A DNA stretch of 64,000 bases from Octopus sinensis. Lineage: Eukaryota. Made by a program: the position numbers and the translations under genes. Shown here one piece after another: positions 25,023 to 35,885 of the stretch. Every line of letters starts with the position of its first letter. The first letter of the stretch is position 1. The notes beneath the pieces are model-generated. The model was not told where the DNA came from. It did no database searches and worked only from the letters and a program-made list of their open reading frames with translations. The stretch spans positions 32,240,001-32,304,000 of the forward strand of contig NC_042998.1 of assembly GCF_006345805.1 (NCBI RefSeq), read 5' to 3'.

Positions 25023-25660
25023 CTAGCAGTATCGCCCGGCGTTGCTCGGGTTTGTAAGGGAAATAACTATATAATCATTTTTAGAGAGTTATAGCAAAAA
25101 AATAGCAAAAACTGCATTAGAAATGGAAAAAATATGATGGTAAATTATTTTTTAAATCGTTGACTCATCGTAGACATTTTTAGAGAGTTACTTCCCTTAT
25201 ATAATAGCGAAAAAATGCATTAAAATGGAAAAAAACGATGGTAAATTTTTTTTTAAATCGTAGACTCATGTAGACGCTTTCTTAGCCATTTCTGTTTTGG
25301 TGTCTTCAAGCCATGAAGTCGTTGTTCAAAAAGAACACTGGTCTCCTTGACAACGCATTACGACGTTGATTTCCTTACACTCCCTTCCCCACAGGTGCAG
25401 GTGTGAGCGTGGACGCCAACTCCGCCGCCATCGACACACGAAAAATTATGCATTAAAATGGAATAAAAAATGATGTTAAATTTTTTTTTAAAATCGTAGA
25501 CTCATCGTGACGCGCGCGCTAATATTCAGACGGGCTCGATATGAATCACGACTATAAGCTATCCGAATTTGTTAAACTGCACCGCAAAATGTGGGAGTAG
25601 TTAGGAATCTAAATCGAAGGGGACAGACACTCACACAACTACAGTTTTATATATATAGAT
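25022..25660 (+). mobile_element. Helitron/Helentron-like non-autonomous element, family A, copy 1
   Basis: 5' ACTAGCAGTATCGCCCGGCGTTGCTCGGG hairpin end and 3' ...CAGTTTTATATATATAGAT. No TIR or TSD. The same ends occur at 26856, 28619, 48159 (minus) and 61930. Confidence 0.55.
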
Positions 25661-25734
25661 ATACATAGCGCAGTAGTGGTGAGATGTGACAGCAAAGAAA
25701 AGCATACATTCACTCTCTGCATGCAATTAGACTC

Positions 25735-26065
25735 GGAAAGTTCGTGAGGAACCCATTGACCCAATTTGCTGACTTTTCCGATAGCACACAGGTGTCAATG
25801 AATGGTTGAATGACCAAATCCAAGCTTCTCTGCTAGTTCCTCAACAGTTACGATGAGATTTTGTTCCACCAGGGTTTTCAGGATGTCCTTGTCGAGTTCT
25901 ACAGATCTTTCAGGATGAGGCTCGTCTTCTAGGCTGTAGTTTATGGCTCGGGATTTCTGGAACCACCATTGACACTGCCTTACGCTTATTGTCCAATCCC
26001 CATATACTGCATTAATATTTCTTGTACTTTGCACACATTTATATTCTGTTATTCTTTTATATGTT
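25735..26065 (-). pseudogene. Mariner transposase N-terminal (HTH) fragment, copy 1
   Basis: NINAVYGDWTISVRQCQWWFQKSRAINYSLEDEPHPERS...TVEELAEKLGFGHSTIH...LGQWVPHELS. Confidence 0.85.
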
Positions 26066-26444
26066 TCAGCCTTGAGGTTGTGGCCATGCTGGATCATGTG
26101 TGTGTGTGTGTGTGTGTCTATCTGTCTGTCTGTCTGTCTGTATATATGTATATGTATGTGTGTGAACAATAATATTTTCAACAGATGTGTTGCAAATGTA
26201 TCTGATTGTTCTCAAGCTTCAATACTGTGTGTGTGTGTATGTGTGTGTGTGTGTATGTATGTATGTATATGTATGTATGTATATGTATGTATGTATGTAT
26301 GTGTGTGTGTATGTATGTATGTGTGTGTGTATGTGTGTGTGTGTATGTATGTATGTATGTATGTATGTATGTATGTATGTATGTATGTATGTATGAGTGT
26401 ATGTTTACTTTATTACTAACACAAGCCACTACGGTTATTTAATG

Positions 26445-26855
26445 AAAGTCTTCCTCAAATCACTCTCTCTCTGGCTATTTTCACTCACTCTTAGCTCTTA
26501 GCTTCCCATACATTTTACTCATGTATCTATCAGCGTCATAGACAGAATACTTTCAGTTTAGTCTTCCTCAAATCACTCGGTCGCTATTTACTTTCATTTT
26601 ATTCGTTGCCCACTGTGTGTGTGCGTTTGCGTGTGGTGTAAACCAGACTAAGAAAAGCATTTGACACACACACCAGAATGTGAGTTTTCTGTAAATTTTG
26701 CTTAATTGGAGTTTAAATTTAAAAAACTGGACCTGGCATGACGCGATGCATTGTACTCTCAAAAATGCTAGGTAAATTGTAATTGAAGAAATCCTATATT
26801 GTAGATTTGTATAACTCCCAAAGGGAGGCAGATAAAATCTGCCTTTTATAATAAG
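26445..26855 (+). mobile_element. Helitron-like family B 3' segment, copy 1
   Basis: Ends in the hairpin AGGCAGAT-AAA-ATCTGCCT (26826-26844) followed by TTTATAATAAG. Repeated at 28240-28618 and 30325-30740. Confidence 0.55.
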
Positions 26856-27490
26856 ACTAGCAGTATCGCCCGGCGTTGCTCGGGTTTGTAAGGGAAATAA
26901 CTATATAAGCATTTTTAGAGAGTTATAGCAAAAAAATAGCCAAAAATGCATTAAAAATGGAAAAAATATGATGGTAAATTTTTTTTTAAATCGGTGACTC
27001 ATCGTAGACATTTTTAGAGAGTTACTTCCCTTATATAATAGCGAAAAAATGCATTAAAATGGAAAAAAAACGATGGTAATTTTTTTTTAAATCGTAGACT
27101 CATGTAGACGCTTTCTAGCCATTTCTGTTTTGGTGTCTTCAAGCCATGAAGTCGTTGTTCTAAAAGAACACTGGTCTCCTTGACAACGCATTACGACGTT
27201 GATTTCCTTACACTCCCTTCCCCACAGGTGCAGGTGTGAGCGTGGACGCCAACTCCGCCGCCATCGACACACGAAAAATTATGCATTAAAATGGAATAAA
27301 AAATTATGTTAAATTATTTTTAAAATCGTAGACTCATCGTAGACGCGCACTAATATTCAGACGGGCTCGATATGAATCACGACTATAAGCTACCCGAATT
27401 TGGTTAAACTGTACCGCAAAATGTGGGAGTAGTTAGGAATCTAAATCGAAGGGGACAGACACTCACACAACTACAGTTTTATATATATAG
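26856..27490 (+). mobile_element. Helitron-like family A, copy 2 (tandem duplicate)
   Basis: Near-identical to 25022-25660. Confidence 0.55.
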
Positions 27491-27569
27491 ATATACATAG
27501 CGCAGTAGTGGTGAGATATGACAGCAAAGAAAAGCATACATTCACTCTCTGCATGCAATTAGACTCGGA

Positions 27570-27900
27570 AAGTTCGTGAGGAACCCATTGACCCAATTTG
27601 CTGACTTTTCCGATAGCACACAGGTGTCAATGAATGGTTGAATGACCAATCCAAGCTTCTCTGCTAGTTCCTCAACAGTTACGATGAGATTTTGTTCCAC
27701 CAGGGTTTTCAGGATGTCCTTGTCGAGTTCTACAGATCTTTCAGGATGAGGCTCGTCTTCTAGGCTGTAGTTTATGGCTCGGGATTTCTGGAACCACCAT
27801 TGACACTGCCTTACGCTTATTGTCCAATCCCCATATACTGCATTAATATTTCTTGTACTTTGCACACATTTATATTCTGTTATTCTTTTATATGTTTCAG
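27570..27900 (-). pseudogene. Mariner transposase fragment, copy 2
   Basis: Near-identical to 25735-26065 (ORF 27542-28042). Confidence 0.85.
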
Positions 27901-28158
27901 CCTTGAGGTTGTGGCCATGCTGGATCATGTGTGTGTGTGTGTGTCTATCTGTCTGTCTGTCTGTATGTATATATGTATATGTATGTGTGTGAACAATAAT
28001 ATTTTCAACAGATGTGTTGCAAATGTATCTGATTGTTCTCAAGCTTCAATACTGTGTGTATGTGTGTGTGTGTATGTATGTATGTGTATGTATGTATATG
28101 TATGTATGTATGTATGTATGTGTGTATGTATGTGTGTGTGTATGTATGTGTGTGTGTA

Positions 28159-28189
<31 letters not shown>

Positions 28190-28239
28190 ATGTATGTATG
28201 AGTGTATGTTTACTTTATTACTAATTACTCTCTTCCAAG

Positions 28240-28618
28240 AACATTTTCACTCACTCTTAGCTCTTAGCTTCCCATACATTTTACGCATGTATCTATCAGC
28301 GTCATAGACAGAATACTTTCACTTTAGTCTTCCTCAAATCACTCTGTCGCAATTTACTTTCATTTTATTCGTTGCCCACTGTGTGTGCGCGTTTGCGTGT
28401 GGTGTAAACCAGACTAAGAAAAGCATTTGACACACACACCAGAATGTGAGTTTTCTGTAAATTTGCTTAATTGGAGTTTAAATTTAAAAACTGGACCTGG
28501 CATGACGCGATGCATTTACTCTTAAAACTGCTAGGTAAATTGTAATTGAAGAAATCCTATATTGTAGATTTGTATAACTCCCAAAGGGAGGCAGATAAAA
28601 TCTGCCTTTTATAATAAG
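28240..28618 (+). mobile_element. Helitron-like family B 3' segment, copy 2
   Basis: Duplicate of 26445-26855. Confidence 0.55.
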
Positions 28619-29017
28619 ACTAGCAGTATCGCCCGGCGTTGCTCGGGTTTGTAAGGGAAATAACTATATAAGCATTTTTAGAGAGTTATAGCCAAAAAAT
28701 AGCAAAAAAATGCATTAAAAATTGAAAAAAAATTAAGGTAATTTTCTTTTTAAATCGTTGACACATCGTAGATATTTTTAGAGAGTTCTTCCCTTATATA
28801 ATAACGAAAAATATGCATTAAAATGGAAAAATATGATGGTAAATTTTTTTAAAATCGTAGACTCATCGTAGACCCGCGCTAATACGCAGAAGGGCTTGAT
28901 ATGAATCACGACTATAAGATACCCGCTTTTGGTTAAACTACACCGCAAAATGTGGGAGTAGTTACGAATCTAAATCGTAGGAGACAGACACACAACTTCA
29001 CTCTTATATATAAAGAT
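28619..29017 (+). mobile_element. Helitron-like family A, copy 3 (shorter, diverged variant)
   Basis: Same termini, but lacks the GC-rich ~170-bp insert present in copies 1 and 2. Confidence 0.55.
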
Positions 29018-29127
29018 ATAAGCCACTTAGTTATATACACATACTTTGTTATATACACATTCTTAAAAGAAAATGTCATTTTGAACACAACATTTACAAA
29101 GAATAAAATATTTTTGGTTTTTCTTAA

Positions 29128-29950
29128 CCCTTTCGTTACTATATTTCTGACCAAATACACCCCTTATGTGTTTCAATTAATTTCTAACGTAATCATAAAT
29201 TTAGTCTGGTTTCATTAAACAACTATAACTTTTTTATTTATGAATATATTAATCTGATTTTTGGAAGATAATTTAGTGAAATGTTCTCAACCAATTCTAT
29301 ACTATAATTTTTTGTCACAAAGTGACTCTAATTGCGGGTAGATACAGGTAAATTCAACAATATATAAAATTATTAAAATTTTGTCAAACATCGCTATAGA
29401 AAATGGGTTATATAGCTAATATTCAATTGGGTATACAACAAAATTTTACGATAGAGAATTTGTTATTCTGGGTAACTTTCTAATACCCTAATAATATTTA
29501 TGGCAAAATAGGCCTTAATTTCATTTAAGGTTGTGGGAAATAACAAACTATCGTTTCTTTCGCTTTCGCTTTGTTTAGGTTGAGATCAAATACCACATGC
29601 TTTTTTTTCAGTCATAGAGTTAGATTTATGAAGGTCTTCAGTAGAAAATCCTTCGAATTCTGACTCGCTGCTTGATATAATGAAATTCGTATCCATTTTT
29701 GTCAGAATTACAAATTTTGAAAACACAATAGGAACAAATTCGGAAAAAATCTCCCATAATTCACGGAATTAAAATTACACTTCGATTTTTGTACAAAAGT
29801 AGTTGAACTGTTTACGAAGTATAATACGTGTTTTCACGAATGTTCTAAAGAGATTTACTCTGATATTCTCATTTAAATATGAATAGGTAAATTCGGGCGG
29901 CTTGGTCACATTAACCAAAATTTTTTTCGGGCGGTTTGGTAACGAAAGGG
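29128..29950. mobile_element. piggyBac-type non-autonomous element
   Basis: TTAA|CCCTTTCGTTAC ... GTAACGAAAGGG|TTAA: 12-bp TIR, TTAA TSD and a duplicated subterminal TTCGGGCGG(C/T)TTGGT at one end. Confidence 0.9.
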
Positions 29951-30324
29951 TTAAACGGATGCATACATTTATTAATAACTATATATAAGTTCGTCTGTTT
30001 ATACATAAACACTGTTTCATACTGCAATTATATATACATATATCTATATATAATATTATATAATAAAATATTACAGAGTAAAATAAAAACCAATTTACCT
30101 TTTCTGTATTGTTATCGACCGTCCGTGTGTCTTTGCAAATGTGTTGGAATGATAAGTGAGTTGTGTTTTGGCGCCTTTTTTTACTAATAACAAACACACA
30201 CGTGTTTGTATGTAGTTGTTTGAAACGTTTGTGTTTGCCACTCTCATATATGTGTGTGTATGCGTGTATGTGAGGAATGACACACACACACTCACGCACG
30301 CACACATGTACATCAATGCTTTTA

Positions 30325-30740
30325 TGAGCGTCATAGAGAGAAACAAATATTACATCGCCATCGCCATAGCCATCGCCATCGCCGTAGCCATCGCCATCGC
30401 CATAGCCATCGCCATCACCATAGCCATCGCCATCGCATTCTATTTTCTACCTGTCAACACACAGTGAATTAGTTTCAGTTTATTCATTGCACACTGTGTG
30501 TGTGCGTTTGCGTGTGGTGTAAACCAGACTAAGAAAAGCATTTGACACACACACCAGAATGTGAGTTTTCTGTAAATTTTGCTTAATTGGAGTTTAAATT
30601 TTAAAAACTGGACCTGACATCACGCGATGCATTGTACTCTTAAAAATGCTAGGTAAATTGTAATTGAAGAAATCCTATATTGTAGATTTGTATAACTCCC
30701 AAAGGGAGGCAGCTAAAATCTGCCTTTTATAATAAGAGAT
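30325..30740 (+). mobile_element. Helitron-like family B segment, copy 3, with an internal (GCCATC/GCCATA)n hexamer run (30352-30436)
   Basis: Matches 26610-26855 and ends GGCAGCTAAAATCTGCCTTTTATAATAAGAGAT. Confidence 0.55.
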
Positions 30741-31008
30741 ATATATATATATATATATATGAATTAGAAAATAAAACACCTTTTATCAATTCAATAATGA
30801 AAAATTAAATTATAGCATTTAGAAAAATTACATATTATAGAAAGATTAAACATAAGATAAAACATATAACAATGATTAAGTAATGTGCAAAATGATAAAT
30901 AAAACGTATATATTTAGTAGAATAACGACACGTGTTTCGTCCTGTAAGTTTGGAATAATATTCCCTGATATTATATATATATATATATATATAATATATA
31001 TATATTAT

Positions 31009-31053
<45 letters not shown>

Positions 31054-31056
31054 ATA

Positions 31057-31280
31057 TGGCTGCCCCCTCGTTATCGAGTATGGCCATTGCACGAAGCTTA
31101 ACTGTTACTGGTGCTGTGATCGAATGTGACTTTTTAGCCCAGCTAAAGATCTACAATGTCTTGTACAGAATTGGCAACTAATACCTTTACCGGTAATTGC
31201 CGGCTGTAGTTGTAACTGGGTTTCATGTACCTTTGCATGTCGTTTAAGTCCTCCTACCGAATTACACTCTCTTCTACGAA
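31057..31280 (-). mobile_element. RTE-like LINE 3' end encoding C2H2-type fingers
   Basis: RRECNSVGGLKRHAKVH and CQFCTRHCRSLAGLKSHIRSQH, then a stop and a GGCCATACTCGATAACGAGGGGGCAGCC-(AT)n tail. Confidence 0.65.
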
Positions 31281-31281
31281 G

Positions 31282-31312
<31 letters not shown>

Positions 31313-32279
31313 TTGAAGTAAGAATTCGTAGAACACATCTTTCTATGGAAAGGCATTTCAAACAGAAATAGCTTTACTAATAAACGCAAAGAATAAGAAG
31401 CTCATATTCACTGCCATAAATTTATATCAATAAAAACTTTATTTAAGTAAAATTTATTGCTGTCTTAGTAAACTATATGGTAAGATTTGTGTTGAAAATA
31501 GTAACCTGTAAATTTAAATTTCATTTTATATTCAATAATTCCAATATGAAGCATACATTTTATTCACTTTGAACATATAAAAGTTATAGTATATATATCA
31601 ACATTTCATCATAAAAAGATAAATATTACTTTTTTTTTTTCAGAAATGTAGGTAAACCTTTTGTAAGCAAATTGGAATACCACCACATATTTTGGATTTA
31701 AAAGTAAAATATGCTAAATCAAAATATCTTTTTTATAATTATGTTGCACATAGAATAAAGATATTTCGAGCATCCTATATGATCGGGTTGCATGCTGCCA
31801 TTACATACATCTTTTCAATTTATTGCTTTCAGGCTCCAAGCTTAATGATAGATCATCTTTGCAAAAACTATTGGTTCGGAAATGTTTAGAACAATTCCCT
31901 ATAATTATTCTAATAAGATCTGTATAATTTAAGTGTAAAAAAGGTAGTGAAAATGCTTGTGAACTAATGGGTTGGTAAGAATTCCAATGGGGATGGCAAT
32001 TATTTAAGAAATCTGTTGGTTTATTTTTAGAAGGTTTACCAGTATAGTAACTGAAAGTAGGACATTATGATAATCATACAAACTTTAACAATTTGAACAA
32101 TCTTGTAATCTTATGCATTTTAAAAAGCGTGTTATTATTTCATAACAGAGTTTCTTGACCAGAGAGTATCCGTGCTGACAAGAGTGTAAAATCTAAAGGT
32201 ATGAGAACCAACAATCTGGAACTCGATTCCTTATAAAATCTTCTACAAATATGACATCCTTAGAGCCTTTTCCATTCAG

Positions 32280-32299
32280 CTATAATAATAATAATAATA

Positions 32300-32343
<44 letters not shown>

Positions 32344-32549
32344 TAATAATAATGATATCATTATTATTATTATTAATATTATTATTATTCAGCTGACTGT
32401 CTGGAATCGAACTCAGAATCCTGGGGTTAGTAGCCCACGCTCTCAACCACTACGCCCACGGACATATGCCGTAGTGGTTAAGAGTGCGGAATACTAACCC
32501 CAACATTCCGAGATCGATCCAGGTAGTGACCTTAATAATAATAATAATA

Positions 32550-32590
<41 letters not shown>

Positions 32591-32767
32591 TATCATTATT
32601 ATTATTATTAATATTATTATTATTCAGCTGACTGTCTGGAATCGAACTCAGAATCCTGGGGTTAGTAGCCCACGCTCTCAACCACTACGCCCACGGACAT
32701 ATGCCGTAGTGGTTAAGAGTGCGGAATACTAACCCCAACATTCCGAGATCGATCCCAGGTAGTGACC

Positions 32768-32818
<51 letters not shown>

Positions 32819-33000
32819 TCGAAAATTAACTTAGGAATGAGAACCCAGGTTCGAAATTTCCCCCAAGACACCTGATGAAAGCTGGAGGGTATATCAGGCG
32901 AAGCGTTGTGTTAACAACAAAGAAAATGAGGACAAATATCCTTGAAATGTAAATAATGTAGATACTGTACATAATTCCTCATCTCTTAAATATAGAACTG
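32280..33000. mobile_element. tRNA-headed SINE family E: duplicated head-to-head heads with (AAT)n runs, followed by a hammerhead-bearing body
   Basis: Minus heads at 32390-32456 and 32625-32691; plus heads at 32461-32533 and 32695-32769 (TAGTGGTT A-box, G(T/A)TCGATC/TCC B-box). Period 235 bp. The body 32815-33000 contains CTGATGA. Confidence 0.75.
32867..32912 (+). ncRNA. Degenerate minimal hammerhead ribozyme within SINE body
   Basis: GACAC-CUGAUGA-AAGCUG GAGGGUAUAU CAGGC-GAAG-CG-UU-GUGUU. Stem I and core are intact, but GAAA is GAAG and stem II is partly mismatched. Confidence 0.55.
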
Positions 33001-33813
33001 TAGTAAAATAATTAGTAATTACGTTTTATATTTCTTATTGTCATGAATCTGGTTGACTGAATATAATATTTAAAAGTCTGACAGAGTTCAACTATTACTT
33101 TAACTGTGAAAATTCAGTTTGATATCATGACTTCTCGTCTTGAATACTTACCACACACTTCACAGCTTCATAATTTATTGCATAGCCCTCATGAGCGTTA
33201 CCGTTAAACCTACACGCTAGAAAAGAAACGCCTGTCTATCTGGTTCAGTAACTTATGCTCTGCTACATACCTTTACCTCACATCTGAATAAAGACTCAGT
33301 GGAAGAGGCAAAACAAATCAATTACTTACGAACCCCTGGATCTTGCATGAAAATAGATGTTAAATGAAACCTAATTGAATGTACTTGGAATCGGATAGAA
33401 AGGTGATTAAATTAGATTATCCATCACTTCAACTTTAGTTATAAAACAAACTGTCAGTGATACATGTTTCAAACAAACAGCTATAACTGAGATATAACTG
33501 AAATAAATTGTCACAAGAATGATTTCATTACCTGAGTTTCATTTCCAACTGCAAACGTCTTTGGGAAATGCATTAATTTACGAAGTATTTCTTCTGGATA
33601 TTTATAGATTTATGCTCACTGAAGAAAGTATCAGGAATCTATTTCTAATGTTTATTATTTCCCAAAGGTACAGAGGCATCTTGGCAATTATGCCTAGAAG
33701 TGTATGCTGTTGATGAAGGATGCTAATCATCAATACAATGATGAATATCATCCTTCTAATTAAAAGCTACACGGTGGCGATGGTCATCAATTCTACATAA
33801 ACTATTGTAGACA

Positions 33814-34046
33814 TATTTCTTTACTACCCACAATGGGCTAAACGCAGAGGGGACAAATAAGGACAGACAAACGGATTAAGTCGGTTACATCGACCCCAGT
33901 GTGTAACTGGTAATTATTTCATCGAACGCGGTAGGATGAAAGGCAGAGTCGACCTCGGCGGAATTTGAACGCAAAACGTAGCGGCAGACAAAATACCGCT
34001 AAGCATTTCACCCAGCGTACCAACGTTTCTGCCAGCTCGCCGCCTT
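33814..34046 (-). mobile_element. SINE family A with 18-bp target-site duplication
   Basis: TAAACTATTGTAGACATA at 33798-33815 and 34046-34063. Confidence 0.9.
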
Positions 34047-34311
34047 AAACTATTGTAGACATAAATAACTGTGAAGTTGTTATTTTGTATGGTGTCTCTC
34101 ACATCTCCAAATTTGCGTTCAAAATCCAATCGATGCATGCCAAAGTGACCAGAAAGTGCAACACAAGAGGTATGTATCCTCTGGGTGTACACACCCGACA
34201 TGTTTTGTGGTTTCTCCACCCAAATCATTTCTAGTGGTAGAGTGCTGCCTCTTTCCATCTCTCCCAGTTTTCTTAATGTTGAATATAGTATTTTTGCTTG
34301 GTTTTGCGATC

Positions 34312-34670
34312 AGTAGTTTCCTTACCAACCACATGCTACCGGGTTCAGTCCCATTGCGTGGCACCTTGGGCAAGTGTCTCTTACTATAGCCTCGTGCTGA
34401 CCAAAGCCTTGTAAGTCGATTTGGTAGGCGGACACTGAAAGAAGCCCGTCGTATATATGTATATGTATGTGGGTATATATATTTGTGTGCGTGTGTATGT
34501 TTGTGTGTCTTTGTTTACGTCCCTGTAACTTAACGGTTCGGCAAAAGAGAACGCTAGAATAAGTACCAGGCGTACAGAAAATAAGTCCTGGGGTCGATAT
34601 GCTCGACTAAAGGCAGTTCTCCAGCGTGGCCGCAGTCAAATGACTGAAACGAATACAAGAATAAAAGAAT
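34312..34670 (+). mobile_element. SINE family B
   Basis: Family B head, core and tail. Confidence 0.85.
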
Positions 34671-34787
34671 TTTTCAAAATCTTGGTTATACATGTGATGT
34701 AGAAGTTGCTGCATTGCTAAAATATAAATTTATGGGTTTTGATGAAAAATATTCTGATGATATAAAATTATGATGATATAGACAGGT

Positions 34788-35195
34788 ACAGGCTTGGCTG
34801 TGTGGTTAGAAGCTTGCTTCCCAGCCACGTGGTTCCGAGTTCAGTCCCACTGCGTGACACCTTGGGCAAATGTCTTCTACTATAGCGTTGTATCAACCAA
34901 AGCGTAGGATTTGGTGGATAGAAACTGAAAGAAGCCCGTCGTATGTGTGTGAGTGTGTGGGAGGTGTAAGCATGAGTGTATATGCATGGATGTGTGTGCG
35001 TGTCTATCTGTGTTTCTCCCCCTCCATTGCTTGCCAACCGGTGTTGGCGTGTTTGCGTCCTCGTAAACCAGCGGTTCGGCAAAAGACACCGGTAGAGTAA
35101 ATACCAGACTTGATATAGAAAGAAGTACTGCAGTTAATTAGTTCGACTAAAATTTTTTAAGGCAGTGCCCCAGTATGGCCACAATCTAACGACTA
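34788..35195 (+). mobile_element. SINE family B (diverged)
   Basis: Family B head, core and tail. Confidence 0.8.
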
Positions 35196-35271
35196 ATAAA
35201 TTACTGGCAATCAATGAATGATAAAAGTAAGATATGCCACAATACCATTTATTCATTATAACAGTTATTTA

Positions 35272-35885
35272 TTCTCTTCTACTCTAGGTGCAAGGCTCGA
35301 AATTTTAATTTTCGGGGAGTGGGCCAGTCGATTAGATCGACCCCGGTGCGTAACTGGTACTTAATTTATCGACCCCGAAAGGATGAAAGGCAAAGTCGAC
35401 CTCAGCGGAATTTGAACTCAGAACGTAAAGCCCGACGAAATGCCGGTAAGCATTTCACCCGGCATGCTAACGTTTCTTATTTCTTTATTGCCCACAAGGG
35501 GCTAAACACAGAGAGGACAAACAAGGACAGACAAACGGATTAAGTCGATTATATCGACCCCAGTGCGTAACTGGTACTTATTTAATCGACCCCGAAAGGA
35601 TGAAAGGCAAAGTCGACCTCGGCGGAATTTGAACTCAGAACGTAACGACAGACGAAATACCTATTTCTTTACTACCCACAAGGGGCTAAACACAGAGAGG
35701 GCAAACAAGGACAGACAAACGGATTTAAATCGATTATATCGACCCCAGTGCGTAACTGGTACTTATTTAATCGACCCCTAAAGGATGAAAGGCAAAGTCG
35801 ACCTCGGCGGAATTTGAACTCAGAACGTAGCGGCAGACGCTTAGCATTTCGCCCGGCGTGCTAAAGTTTCTGCCAGCTCGCCGCT
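35272..35885 (-). mobile_element. SINE family A multimer (three bodies)
   Basis: Three reiterations of GACCCC...AAAGGATGAAAGGCAAAGTCGACCTC.GCGGAATTTGAACTCAGAACG. Confidence 0.85.

Noticed and set aside
32390-32769. Functional tRNA genes (anticodon-loop-like CUACUAA)
   Set aside because: No proper acceptor stem, mismatched arms, (AAT)n tails and SINE context. Treated as SINE heads.
33320-33345. Possible 12-nt minus-strand microexon (CAAG|ATCCAGGGGTTC|GTAAGT)
   Set aside because: A single isolated signal with no supporting neighbouring exons; expected by chance.
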